Shown here: positions 29,433 through 38,834 of the stretch, piece after piece
Numbering within the stretch: the stretch's first letter is position 1
Layout: every line of letters starts with the position of its first letter
Assembly: GCA_035461305.1 (NCBI GenBank)
Contig: DATHVN010000163.1
Location: 5,840-69,839 of the forward strand
Source of the DNA: Euzebyales bacterium
Lineage (GTDB): Bacteria > Actinomycetota > Nitriliruptoria > Euzebyales > JAHELV01
Length of the DNA stretch: 64,000 nucleotides
Reading direction: 5' to 3'
Position numbers and translations under genes: made by a program
Notes under the pieces: generated by a model
What the model saw: the letters and a program-made list of their open reading frames with translations, nothing else
Told to the model about the DNA's origin: nothing
Databases searched by the model: none

Positions 29433-29663
29433 TCACTTCGCGAGGTCGTGGGCACGATGGCCCTGTCCCGGCGGGTCGACCGGCCTGGCGTCGGTCGACC
29501 GTAGCCCTCCGGCCTCCAGGTCGACCGGATGGCCGGCACCGGGCCCGCGGCCGGTCTGCTGCTCGAGCACGCCGGTGCGGACGCGCTGCTGGTCGTCGGC
29601 ACTCGGGGGCACGGGGCGGTCGGGCAGATGCTTGTCGGATCGGTGACCCACCAGTGCCTGCAT
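29433..29663 (-). CDS. small hydrophilic hypothetical protein
   Basis: A 76-aa ORF (MQALVGHRSDKHLPDRPVPPSADDQQRV...) with about 85% GC3. It lies between the USP and M50 genes on the same strand. No recognisable family. Confidence 0.4.
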   Translation of the reverse strand: MQALVGHRSDKHLPDRPVPPSADDQQRVRTGVLEQQTGRGPGAGHPVDLEAGGLRSTDARPVDPPGQGHRAHDLAK

Positions 29664-29718
29664 CACGCGACCGGGACGGTGGCGGTCGTCCCGTAGCACC
29701 CGCCGTCGGACGCCGTGG

Positions 29719-30477
29719 TCAGGACCCTCGGTGCGCCGGAGCGAGCAGGACCGGCACTGGCGAGCGGGCGAGCATGGCACGCACGACCGGCGCGTGCTCA
29801 CTGCTCAGGTCCTGCGACCAGGTCAGCGCGACGAGGTCGATTGACGCGCTGTCGACGACGTCGAGCAGGGCGTCCGCCACGTCGCCTGATCGCAGCCACA
29901 GGTCCCCGGCGTCTCGCGGTCCGAACCGTGACACGAAGTCGGCCGACCACGCGGGCGCCGCGTGGTGCGGCTGATCCCAGAACGACGGCACGGTGGAGGG
30001 CGTGAACACGTGGAGCGGCACGATCTCGACCCCGTGCTCGGCGAGCCGCCCGAGCAGGTCGGTCGCGTCGCCGGGGTCGGCGGTGCCCTCCACGGGCACG
30101 AGCACCCTCCGCACGTCGGTGATCGGCGCGGTCGGCGGCGTCACGACGACGGGGCACCGCGTCCGTGCCGTGACGGCGAGGGCCGTGCGGCCCGCCGGCA
30201 GCTTCCCGGAGGAGGTGCCGCGGGCGCCGATGACGACGACCATGTCGCCGCGTGCCGCCGCATCGGTGATGGCTGGGATGGCACGACGGTCGACCACGAC
30301 GAGATCCGCTCCGTGCCGCTCGGCGATGGCGGCGATGCGGTTCGTGGCCGTCGGCTCCCCGTCCCGGCGTGCGTGCATGGCACCGATGTCGGCGGCGAGG
30401 CGGTCGGCCACCACCCGCGCCGTCGCCATGACAGCGGGTGCTGCTGTGCTCGTGTCGAGGGCCGCGATGACCTTCAT
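29719..30477 (-). CDS. tandem USP-like protein (degenerate nucleotide-binding motifs)
   Basis: Two USP-fold halves are present (MKVIAALDTS...VVVIGARGTS and RVLVPVEGT...IDLVALTWSQ). Its start overlaps the stop of the upstream GH65 gene (ATGA at 30474-30477). Confidence 0.75.
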   Translation of the reverse strand: MKVIAALDTSTAAPAVMATARVVADRLAADIGAMHARRDGEPTATNRIAAIAERHGADLVVVDRRAIPAITDAAARGDMVVVIGARGTSSGKLPAGRTALAVTARTRCPVVVTPPTAPITDVRRVLVPVEGTADPGDATDLLGRLAEHGVEIVPLHVFTPSTVPSFWDQPHHAAPAWSADFVSRFGPRDAGDLWLRSGDVADALLDVVDSASIDLVALTWSQDLSSEHAPVVRAMLARSPVPVLLAPAHRGS

Positions 30478-33038
30478 GCAATGCCCTCCGTCCGCCCCGG
30501 CAGCGGCAGTTCACGTCCAGGCGGCGCCACGGTCACGCCGTGACGGTCAGGCCCGAGGCGGACGGACACCGGACGCTCGCACGCCACGTGGACATGGTGA
30601 TGGTGCGCACGCACGACCACGCGTCCACCACGGAAGCGCAGCATGACCTCGAGGCTGTTCCACGTCGCCGGCAGAACGGGATCGAGCAGGAGCGCTGCTC
30701 CGGCTGGACGCAACCCCAGGAAGCCGAACACCAGCGCCTGCCAGACCCCGCCGAACGTGGCGACGTGCAGCCCACCGGCCGTCGTGCCGGTCATGTCGTC
30801 GAGATCCAGCCGCAGGGCGACCCGCAGCAGGTCGAGGGCGCGGTCGGGTCGGCCCGCTCGGGCCCACAGGGCGGCATGGATGGCCGGCGACAGCGAGCTG
30901 CCGTGCGCCGTGCGCGGGGCGTAGTAGTCGAGGTTCGGCCGGAGCGATCCCGGTGCGACCTCGTCCGGCAGCAGGTGGTGCAGCATCAGGACGTCGGCCT
31001 GCTTGACCACCTGGGACGCGTGCACGACATCGCGTCCCAGCAGCAGGTCGGCAGCCACCGGCGGATGGGCGATGTCGCTGATGATCAGGGGTGTGAGGCC
31101 GTAGAAGCCGGCGAACTGCTCGTAGCGCCCCGTCCGCGGGTCGTGGTTGTCGACGAGCGCGTCGGCAACCTCCCGCCAGCGTCTGGCCTCCGCTGGAGAC
31201 GCGACGCCGTACCGCTCGGCCAGCGCAGCCGCGGCACGCAGATGCCACCGTGCCATGACGTTGGTGAACGCGTTGTCGTCGACGAGCTCGTGGTACTCGT
31301 CGGGTCCGATGACGTCGCGGACGTGCGCCCGACCGTCGTCGTCGTGGTCCACGCGTGACGCCCAGAACCGCGCGCCCTCGGTGACCAGCGGCATGCCGGG
31401 CCCCTCGAGGAACGCATCGTCGCCGGTCCATCCGGCGTAGTGCATCACAGCCCACGCGATGTCGGCCACGACATGCTGCTCGGCCGCGCCGGTGCGGATG
31501 GGCACCAGCGTCCCGGACCGGTCGAAGGTGGCCCGCGGGGTCACGTCGTCGCCGTCGTCGGCGGACTCCCAGGGCCACAGCGCGCCCACGAAGCCGAGAG
31601 CGGCAGCCCGCCGCCGGCTCGCGTCGAGCCGCGCCACCCGGTAGCGCAGCATCGCCTGTGCGGCGGAGGGGTGGGTCGCGGCGAGCACGGGCAGCACGAA
31701 CACGTCGGCGTCCCAGAACACGTGGCCGTCATAGGCGGGTCCGCTCAGGCCGCGGGCGCCGACCGCCGCCTCGCCGCCGTCGGCGACCGTCGACAGCAGG
31801 TGGAACAGCGCGAACCGAGCGGCGAGCTGCGCGTCGGGGTCGCCATCGATCGTGATCGCCGCATCGCTCCAGCGCCTCGCCCACGCCGCCCGCTGCTCGG
31901 CGAGCAAAACGTCGAAGCCCGCGGCGGCGGCGTCCTCGAGGACCTCCTGAGCGTCGGCAGAGCGTGGGCGTCGGGTCGGATGCGCCACGTAGCCGGCCAG
32001 CCGCTCGATGCGCGTCAGGGCGCCGGCAGCCTGGGTCTGGCGCGCGGCCGCGACGACACCGCCGCCACGGTTCGCACGCGCGGTCGCGGTGCAGTCGTCC
32101 GCCCAGCCTCCGTCACGTGGCCGCAACGCGTCACCGGGGGACAAGCCGGCCGCCGCCTCGGCACGCATCACCATCACTCCGGGACGCACGCCCGACGCGA
32201 ACCGCATGGACCTGAACCCGTCGTCCGACTCGCGCAGGAGGACGCCGGTGCGCAGGTCGAGGACGCGCCGGCCCGCGCGGCTGGTCACGCCGTCGAACGC
32301 CGTCCATGCCGGCCCGGGGAGCAGGATCCGACGGTCACCACTGTCGGTGTAGACGCCGGCCGCGACGACCGCTCCGGAGCCGGGCGCGTCCTCCTCCAGA
32401 CACCCCCGACTGCCGAAGCTTCCGTCGGCGAGTGTCAGCAGCGTCGCCTGGACGGCCGCGTCCGCGGGGTGGTCGGGGACCCGCAGGGCGAGTGTCCAGG
32501 ACGGATCGGCATCGATGTCGGGTACGCGGCCGTCGGCCCGCCGCCGAAGCTGGCCGTCGATCAGGTCGCACAGCTGTGGCGGGCCAGCGACCGCACCGGT
32601 CCGGTGCCACGCCGGATCGGCTGCGACGACGGTGGCGCGGGCGAGTTCGGGGACCGCGCACACGCCGGCGGCGTCGGGCCGCACGAGGGACGCGAGGCGG
32701 GCACCGACGACCAGGACGAGGCCGGCACCGATGCCGCAGTGAGCCAGCACTGCGGCCATCCAGCGTGCGGCGGCGGCCATGGCGCCTCCCGCCCCGCCTG
32801 GATCCTCCGGTACGACGGTGCTTCGGCGCAGGCCGTCCGGGCCGCACGCGTGCACGCCGACCCCACCGTCCGTGAGAAGATGCAGGGTGCCGGGTCCGTC
32901 AGGACGCGTGGCCAGGTCATCGTCGACCACGCGCGCGGACGCGTCGCTGAAGATCCCGACATGCACGCCCGCGCGGCACGCCGCCTGGATGCGGTCGCGG
33001 AGCACTGACCGATCCCTGCCGGCGATCTCCTCCCACAC
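30474..33038 (-). CDS. glycoside hydrolase family 65 protein (trehalose/maltose/kojibiose phosphorylase-like; OtsB1/Rv2006-like)
   Basis: GH65 central catalytic-domain motifs are present: GLSGPAYDGHVFWDADVFVLP, EQHVVADIAWA, DEYHELVDDNAFTN and QVVKQADVLML. An N-terminal ~200 aa HAD-like remnant is present. Confidence 0.88.
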   Translation of the reverse strand: MWEEIAGRDRSVLRDRIQAACRAGVHVGIFSDASARVVDDDLATRPDGPGTLHLLTDGGVGVHACGPDGLRRSTVVPEDPGGAGGAMAAAARWMAAVLAHCGIGAGLVLVVGARLASLVRPDAAGVCAVPELARATVVAADPAWHRTGAVAGPPQLCDLIDGQLRRRADGRVPDIDADPSWTLALRVPDHPADAAVQATLLTLADGSFGSRGCLEEDAPGSGAVVAAGVYTDSGDRRILLPGPAWTAFDGVTSRAGRRVLDLRTGVLLRESDDGFRSMRFASGVRPGVMVMRAEAAAGLSPGDALRPRDGGWADDCTATARANRGGGVVAAARQTQAAGALTRIERLAGYVAHPTRRPRSADAQEVLEDAAAAGFDVLLAEQRAAWARRWSDAAITIDGDPDAQLAARFALFHLLSTVADGGEAAVGARGLSGPAYDGHVFWDADVFVLPVLAATHPSAAQAMLRYRVARLDASRRRAAALGFVGALWPWESADDGDDVTPRATFDRSGTLVPIRTGAAEQHVVADIAWAVMHYAGWTGDDAFLEGPGMPLVTEGARFWASRVDHDDDGRAHVRDVIGPDEYHELVDDNAFTNVMARWHLRAAAALAERYGVASPAEARRWREVADALVDNHDPRTGRYEQFAGFYGLTPLIISDIAHPPVAADLLLGRDVVHASQVVKQADVLMLHHLLPDEVAPGSLRPNLDYYAPRTAHGSSLSPAIHAALWARAGRPDRALDLLRVALRLDLDDMTGTTAGGLHVATFGGVWQALVFGFLGLRPAGAALLLDPVLPATWNSLEVMLRFRGGRVVVRAHHHHVHVACERPVSVRLGPDRHGVTVAPPGRELPLPGRTEGIA

Positions 33039-33115
33039 GCACAGGATCGCCTCGTGGGTGCGCGCGTCGGCGGGCGTCGACGCGGTTGGATCCGTTGCGA
33101 GGTCGTGCTGGCGCG

Positions 33116-33325
33116 TCAGTCGTCCGGCTCGTCGAAGTGCTGGACGAACGCGTCCGACCCCGGGAGGAAGTAGCCGACGCGGCCGTCATCGGCCCACCGC
33201 ACGACGTACGGGGGGCGACCGTCCTCCCCCCGGATCTCCAGGATCTCGGCGTCGCGGTCCGGCTCACCGACGTGGTGCCGCCTGATCACCAGGCGGTCGC
33301 CGACGCGTGCGCGCAGGTCTTTCAT
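33116..33325 (-). CDS. DUF1918-domain small protein
   Basis: MKDLRARVGDRLVIRRHHVGEPDRDAEILEIRGEDGRPPYVVRWADDGRVGYFLPGSDA matches the DUF1918 pattern. Start at 33325 by codon count. Confidence 0.8.
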   Translation of the reverse strand: MKDLRARVGDRLVIRRHHVGEPDRDAEILEIRGEDGRPPYVVRWADDGRVGYFLPGSDAFVQHFDEPDD

Positions 33326-33353
33326 GGTGCGCGTCTCCTGCTGTCGCGGTCTC

Positions 33354-33372
33354 GATGCACACACTGTGCATC
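33354..33372. promoter_or_regulatory. 19-bp perfect palindrome GATGCACA-CAC-TGTGCATC, candidate operator or 5'-UTR hairpin
   Basis: Read directly from the sequence. It is relatively AT-rich for this window. It lies 29-47 nt upstream of the DUF1918 start and about 210 nt upstream of the arcD stub. Confidence 0.4.
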
Positions 33373-33579
33373 CTCCACCTCGCGGATGGAAGGGCGTTGC
33401 GCCCGCCCGTGCCGGGACCATCGCATCTGGTCGGTCCGAGCGGGCGGTACGGCCGTGCGCACAAGGCCCTTGGACCCTGGGCGCTGCGGAGCCTCCAGGG
33501 CGATCCTGAAGGATCTCGTGAGGGAGTGGGCACATGGCCTCCACGACGTCCACCGGCTCGTCCCGTCTGGGGATGGGGC

Positions 33580-33793
33580 ATGACGACCGCACTGGTGATC
33601 GGCAACATGATCGGGCGCCCGGCTCGGGCGGGACGCCGTGATCGCGGGACTGGCCTTCGCCTACGCGATGTGGGCGATCGCCGGTGCAGGCGACGAGGTG
33701 GTGTTCAAGGGGTTCCTGATGCTCCTGGCCGGCATCCCCGTGTACGTCTGGATCCGCTGGCGTGAGCAGGAGAAACCGTCGACGGGGCCCTGA
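33580..33793 (+). pseudogene. arcD: arginine/ornithine antiporter (APC family, ArcD-like) remnant with large internal deletion
   Basis: The N-terminal permease string MTTALVIGNMIG is joined within about 40 nt, in a different frame, to a permease C-terminus. That C-terminus reads DAVIAGLAFAYAMWAIAGAGDEVVFKGFLMLLAGIPVYVWIRWREQEKPSTGP and ends at stop 33791-33793. Confidence 0.5.
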
Positions 33794-33854
33794 CCGGCCC
33801 TACGCCCAGCCCACGGCCGTCTCATGAGCGACGACGCACCCGGAGGACATTGAC

Positions 33855-35186
33855 ATGCGCACCGTGGTGATCATGGGAGCCGGCGGCCGCGACTTCCACA
33901 ACTTCAACGTCGCGTACCGCGACGATCCTGACACGACCGTCGTGGCCTTCACGGCGGCGCAGATCCCCGGGATCGCCGACCGGACCTACCCCGCGAGCCT
34001 CGCCGGGCCGCGTTACCCGGACGGCATCCCGATCGTCGGTGAGGAGCGGCTGTCGGAGGTCGTGCGGGACCACGACATCGACGAGGTCGTGTTCGCCTAC
34101 TCGGACCTGCCTCACGTCGAGGTCATGCATCGCGGCTCGATCGCCATGGCGGCGGGCGCGGACTTCCGGCTCCTGGGACCCGACGCGACGATGCTGCACA
34201 GCACCAGGCCGGTCGTCGCCGTGTGCGCGACCCGGACCGGTGCGGGGAAGAGCCAGACGAGCCGGCGCGTCGGCCGCCTGCTGATCGATGCGGGCCACCG
34301 AGTGGCGCTCGTGCGGCACCCCATGCCGTACGGGGACCTGGAGGCGATGCGCGTACAGCGCTTCGCCACACTGGCCGACATCGACGCGGCGAACCCGACG
34401 ATCGAGGAGCTCGAGGAGTACGAGGAGCCGGTGCGCCAGGGGATGGTGATGTACGCCGGGGTCGACTACGAGGCGATCCTGCGCCGGGCGGAGGCCGAAG
34501 CCGACGTGGTCATCTGGGACGGCGGCAACAATGACTTCCCCTTCTTCGTGCCGGACCTGATGATCACGGTCACGGACCCGCTGCGGCCCGGCGACGAGCT
34601 GTCCTACCACCCGGGCGAGGTCAACCTGCGCATGGCCGACGTCGTGGTCGTCAACAAGGTGGATTCGGCCCCGCTCTCGGCGATCGCCGAGGTCGTCGAG
34701 ACGGTCGCCCGGACGAACCCTGCTGCGACCGTCGTGAAGGCGGCCTCGCCGGTGACGCTCGAACCCGGTCCGGCGCTCGCCGGGCAGCGGGTGCTCGTCG
34801 TCGAGGACGGCCCGACGCTGACCCACGGTGGCATGCCGCTGGGCGCCGGCACGGTCGCGGCGCGCCACGCCGGCGCGCGCGAGCTGATGGACCCGCGTCC
34901 GTACGCGATCGGGTCGATCGCCAGCACCTTCGCGCGCTACCCGCACATCGGGCCGCTGCTGCCGGCCATGGGCTACGGCAAGGAACAGATCGACGAGCTC
35001 GCGGCGACGATCACGGCGACGCCGTGCGACGTCGTGGTCACCGGCACGCCGATCGACCTGCGACGCATCCTGCACGTCGAGGTCCCGATCCGGCACGCGA
35101 CCTATGAGCTGCGTGACGCGGGGCGCCCCACCCTGGCCGACGCGCTCGAGCCACTGCTGGACAACCTCGCCGCCTCGCGGCGGTGA
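33855..35186 (+). CDS. cyclic 2,3-diphosphoglycerate synthetase-like protein (COG2403 predicted GTPase/P-loop family)
   Basis: MRTVVIMGAGGRDFHNFN... with the P-loop-like CATRTGAGKSQTS and VVVNKVD. It is full length (443 aa). Its stop overlaps the arcC start (GTGA at 35183). Confidence 0.75.
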   Translation: MRTVVIMGAGGRDFHNFNVAYRDDPDTTVVAFTAAQIPGIADRTYPASLAGPRYPDGIPIVGEERLSEVVRDHDIDEVVFAYSDLPHVEVMHRGSIAMAAGADFRLLGPDATMLHSTRPVVAVCATRTGAGKSQTSRRVGRLLIDAGHRVALVRHPMPYGDLEAMRVQRFATLADIDAANPTIEELEEYEEPVRQGMVMYAGVDYEAILRRAEAEADVVIWDGGNNDFPFFVPDLMITVTDPLRPGDELSYHPGEVNLRMADVVVVNKVDSAPLSAIAEVVETVARTNPAATVVKAASPVTLEPGPALAGQRVLVVEDGPTLTHGGMPLGAGTVAARHAGARELMDPRPYAIGSIASTFARYPHIGPLLPAMGYGKEQIDELAATITATPCDVVVTGTPIDLRRILHVEVPIRHATYELRDAGRPTLADALEPLLDNLAASRR

Positions 35187-35914
35187 GGGTCGTCGCCGCA
35201 CTCGGAGGCAACGCGCTGCTGCGGCGGGGCCAGCGCCGCACGTGTCGGTCCAGCGGACCAACGTGGCCGTCGCGGCGGCGGCGATCGCCGAGCTCGCCAC
35301 CGAGCACGACGTCATCGTCACCCACGGCAACGGTCCACAGGTCGGGCGGCTCGCATTGCAGAGCATGGCGCAGGTGTCAACCGAACCGAGGCCGCTGGAC
35401 GTCCTCGACGCCGAGAGCGAGGGGCTGATCGGCTACCTGCTGGACCAGGCGCTCTGCAACGCCCTGCCGGGACGGGAGGTCGCGACGGTGCTGACGCAGA
35501 CGCTCGTCGACCCGGGCGATCCCCGCGTTCGGCGCGCCGAGCAAGCCCATCGGACCCGTCTACAGTGAGGTCGACGCACGCCGCCTCGCCTCGGAGCATG
35601 GCTGGAGCGTGGCACCCGACGGCGACGGGTTCCGCCGCGTCGTGGCGTCCCCGGAGCCAGGTGAGATCGTCGAGGCCCGCACCATCGCGCTTCTCGTGCA
35701 CGCGGGCGTGCTGGTCGTGTGTGCAGGTGGCGGAGGGATCCCCGTCACGTCGGACGACGGTGTGCTCAGGGGCGTGGAGGCGGTCGTGGACAAGGTCGCC
35801 GCGGCGTTGCTGGCCCGGCGGGCCCGGGCCCAAGCGTTGCTGCTGCTGACCGACGCCGCAGCCATCGTGCGTGGCGAACGCGGCACCGTCGTCGCGCGCG
35901 ACCCGGCGCGGTGA
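35183..35914 (+). pseudogene. arcC: carbamate kinase pseudogene (two frameshifts plus internal deletion)
   Basis: Carbamate kinase segments lie in alternating frames. They read (M)RVVAALGGNALLRRGQ, then VQRTNVAVAAAAIAELATEHDVIVTHGNGPQVG...TQTLVDPGD, then PAFGAPSKPIGPVYSE...VCAGGGGIPV...LLLLTD. The shifts are near 35236 and at the C4 run 35521-35524. The LTD motif is joined directly to the C-terminal IVRGERGTVV, so the GSMGPK region is missing. Confidence 0.75.
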
Positions 35915-36042
35915 GGGTGTGGCCTCCTCCGTCAGGGCCTCGGGCCGTTGTTCTCATGCGCGCAGGGCCCACCGGCCTGCCCGACGTCGTGCGCGCGATG
36001 TCCAATGGGGTCACGAGCCGTCCCGGCGGATGAGGTGGCGCG

Positions 36043-36578
36043 ATGACACGAGCACTGGTGGTGTTCGAGTCGATGTTCGGGAACACGGCGACCATTGCGC
36101 GGGCGGTCGCTGACGGCGTGGGCGGAGGCGTTGACGTCGACCTGGTCGAGGTCGGCGACGCGCCGACCGCGATCGCTGACGACGTCAGCCTGCTGGTGCT
36201 CGGGGGACCGACGCACGCGTTCGGGATGAGCCGGCCCGGTACGCGGCGGTCTGCGGCGCAGCAGGCGGAGCATGCCCTGGTCTCGCGGGGGATCGGGCTG
36301 CGTGAGTGGCTCGCTGCGGTCGACGTCGGGGACGCCAGGCCGTCCGCGGCGACGTTCGACACGATGCTCGCCGGCCCGCGGTGGATCCGGTGGATGCCCT
36401 CGGCCGGACGCGGCGCCCATCGGGGCCTGCGCAAGCTCGGGCTGCACATGGTGGCGCCGCCGGAGACCTTCTACGTAACGGACACGACGGGCCACTGGTC
36501 GACGATGACGAGGAGCGCGCACGCCAGTGGGGCGAGCGGCTCGTGGCCGAGGCCCACCGGCCCAGTGCCGCGACCTGA
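36043..36578 (+). pseudogene. flavodoxin-like protein, interrupted by one frameshift (or assembly indel)
   Basis: MTRALVVFESMFGNTATIARAVADG...LVLGGPTHAFGM runs in frame 1 up to ETFYVTDTTG. The family C-terminus PLVDDDEERARQWGERLVAEA continues in the frame of ORF 36306..36578. The shift is near 36490 (GGCC-ACTGG). The uncorrected read-through to 36780 is Arg/Ser-rich. Confidence 0.65.
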
Positions 36579-36629
36579 TCGCCGGTCGGTTGTCGTCGTT
36601 CATCCGATGTCGTCGAGGAGGAGAGGACC

Positions 36630-36839
36630 ATGCAGTACCAGATCGCCGACGAGCACGCGGAGGTCCTGCGTGAGGTGCTCGACGCGGCGTTGCGTGAGCT
36701 GCGGTACGAGATCTCGGACACGGACAACTCACGGTACAAGCAGGAACTGCGCGAACGTGAGGAGGCGCTGCGTGCGTTGATGGCGCCGCTCGGAGGGCCA
36801 CTGCCGGACGCGCCGCGGCGGTCGGTCACCCGGCGCTGA
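36630..36839 (+). CDS. small helical hypothetical protein
   Basis: A strong RBS (GAGGAGGAGAGGACC) sits immediately before the ATG. The 69-aa sequence (MQYQIADEHAEVLREVLDAALRELRYEISDTDNSRYKQELREREEALRAL) is protein-like and not low-complexity. Confidence 0.7.
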   Translation: MQYQIADEHAEVLREVLDAALRELRYEISDTDNSRYKQELREREEALRALMAPLGGPLPDAPRRSVTRR

Positions 36840-36844
36840 CGATC

Positions 36845-37398
36845 GTGCGGCGTCGCCTTCGTGGTCGGCTGCCTGAGCACCACGGCGATGCTGCGGCGCT
36901 CGAACCCGTGATCGAGATCCCCCGGGGCTGTCGCAACAAGTACGAGTTCGACCCGGACCACGGTGTGATCCGGCTGGACCGGACGCTCTTCACCGCGACC
37001 CAGTTCCCCGCCGACTACGGGTTCATCCGGCACACCTCGTCGGAGGACGGCGATCCGCTCGACACGATGGCGCTGCTGCAGGAGCCGACCTTCCCCGGCT
37101 GCTGGATCGTCGTCCGGGCGGTCGGCGGATTCTGGATGCACGACGAAGCGGGGACCGACCCGAAGCTGCTGTGCGTCCCGTCGCGCGATCCGTGGTGGGC
37201 GCACGTCCGGGGGACGTCGACGACGCCCCGCGGTTCTCCTCGCCGAGATCCGGCACTTCCTTCACGGTCTACAAGCAGCTCGAGCCCGGCAAGTCCACCC
37301 GGTGCTACGGGCGGGAGGGCGTCGAGGTTGCCGACGCCGTCGTGCGCGCGGCCCAGCGCCGGGCGCGTCGCGCGGCAACTACTGGCACGAAGCCATAG
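36845..37398 (+). pseudogene. ppa: inorganic pyrophosphatase (family I) with three indels
   Basis: The family core is intact: IEIPRGCRNKYEFD...LDRTLFTATQFPADYGFI...EDGDPLD...DEAGTDPKLLCVPSRDP. The frame is then lost at the G5 run 37209-37213. The conserved LLAEIRHF lies in a third frame between a -1/+1 pair (about 37236 and 37260). FTVYKQLEPGK then resumes. Confidence 0.7.
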
Positions 37399-37409
37399 GG
37401 GTGATCGCA

Positions 37410-37868
37410 ATGACCTGGACCGGTCGGCGTGAACGTGCGCGTGCGAGTTCAGGGGCACGACGGACGGGCTACGTGATCACGATCGTGATCAACGCGATGG
37501 TGCTGTACGTCGTCGACAACGTCCTGGAGTGGGACCTCCTAACGTTCCTCACCGACGACTTCGCCAGCGTGCTGCCCCTGCTGGAGCTGTCGCTGCTGGC
37601 GACGATCGCGGTCAACGTCGTGTACCTGGCGTACGACGAGCCGACGTTTCGAACGGTCATGCAGCTCGGGCTGTCCGGCATCTCGCTGGCCGTGGTGCTC
37701 CGCCTGTACGACGTCTTCCCGTTCGACTTCTCGGACTACGACCCGGCGTGGGGCACGGTGGCGCGTGCCGTTCTGATCCTCGCGATCGTCGGGACCGGCA
37801 TCGGGCTCGTCGTCGAGGCCGGCCGGCTGGTGCAGGCGCTCGCACGAGGTCCCGCTGCGCGGCAGTGA
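37410..37868 (+). CDS. four-TM membrane protein of unknown function
   Basis: Start at MTWTGRRERA. Hydrophobic segments include YVITIVINAMVLYVV, LPLLELSLLATIAVNVVYLAY, LGLSGISLAVVLRLY and ARAVLILAIVGTGIGLVV. Confidence 0.65.
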   Translation: MTWTGRRERARASSGARRTGYVITIVINAMVLYVVDNVLEWDLLTFLTDDFASVLPLLELSLLATIAVNVVYLAYDEPTFRTVMQLGLSGISLAVVLRLYDVFPFDFSDYDPAWGTVARAVLILAIVGTGIGLVVEAGRLVQALARGPAARQ

Positions 37869-37885
37869 CCCGGAAGGAGGACGCC

Positions 37886-38834
37886 ATGGCCATGCCGGCG
37901 TTGATCCTGGCCGTCATGGGCGTGACCTGGGCCGTGGGGGTCGAGCGCTGGTCCGACCGCTGGGGCGCCACCGATGGTGAGGTCACCAGCACGTTGCCCG
38001 GCGACGACCTCATCGAGGAACCCGCGATGGCGACGACCCGGGCCGTCACCGTCGACGCCTCGCCGCAGCTCGTGTGGCCGTGGATCGCCCAGTTCGGCCA
38101 GGGCCGCGGCGGGTTGTACAGCTACGACTGGCTCGAGCGCGTGTTCGGCATGGACATCACGTCGATCGACGAGATCCTGCCGGGCGAGCAGGACATCGGC
38201 GTCGGGGATCAGATCTGGATCACCCAGCCCGGGTACCCGGCCCACCTCGGACTGGTGGTCGCCGACGTGGAGCCCGGCCGGGCGCTGGTGCTGGCGTCGC
38301 CGACGCCCGACCGGCCCGCCGCGCCCGAGGAAAGCGCCGTGGACCTGGACGTTCGGCGTCCGTCCGGACGGTGAAGGCGGGACGCGGTTGATCGTGCGGA
38401 ACCGCAACGCCACGGTCGGCGCGCTCGGCGATGTCGTGTGGGACCGCGTCGTCGGCCCGATCGGCTTCGCGATGGAACGTCGGACGATCCTGGGCATCGC
38501 GCAGCGCGCCGAGGTGGCAGCCGGACGCGACGCTGCGCCGGCCTGGCGCGAGCCGCTGTGGTTCGGCGCCCTGCTGCTGACAGGCCTGGCCATCCTGGCG
38601 ATCACCATCACACGAGCGCCGCTCGGACGTCGCGTCACCTACGTCGTGGCGCTCACGACCGCGGCGACCCTCGTGCTGTTCCGTTTCCCGTCGCCGTGGC
38701 TGTCGGTGGTGCTCGTGACGCTCGCCGGGTTCCTCGCGTTGCTGCTGTGGCGTGCCTGGCCGCCGGGTGCGGGTGCGCAACGACGGCGGGTGCGATCAGC
38801 GGCAGACGATCGGCTGGTCACCGTGCGGGGGTGA
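37886..38834 (+). pseudogene. SRPBCC-family protein with C-terminal TM region, interrupted by one frameshift (or assembly indel)
   Basis: Start MAMPALILAV follows GGAAGGAGGA. The SRPBCC core (ASPQLVWPWIAQFGQGRGGLYSYDWLE...) ends prematurely at 38374. It continues in another frame as WTWTFGVRPDGEGGTRLIVRNRN...FAMERRTILGIAQRAE plus two TM helices, to stop 38834. The shift is near 38330-38345. Confidence 0.65.

Noticed and set aside
36490-36780. C-terminal extension of the flavodoxin ORF to 36780, overlapping the 69-aa gene.
   Set aside because: The sequence after ETFYVTDTTG becomes Ser/Arg/Thr-rich. The family C-terminus is found in another frame ending at 36578. The overlap with a well-supported RBS-led ORF also argues against it.
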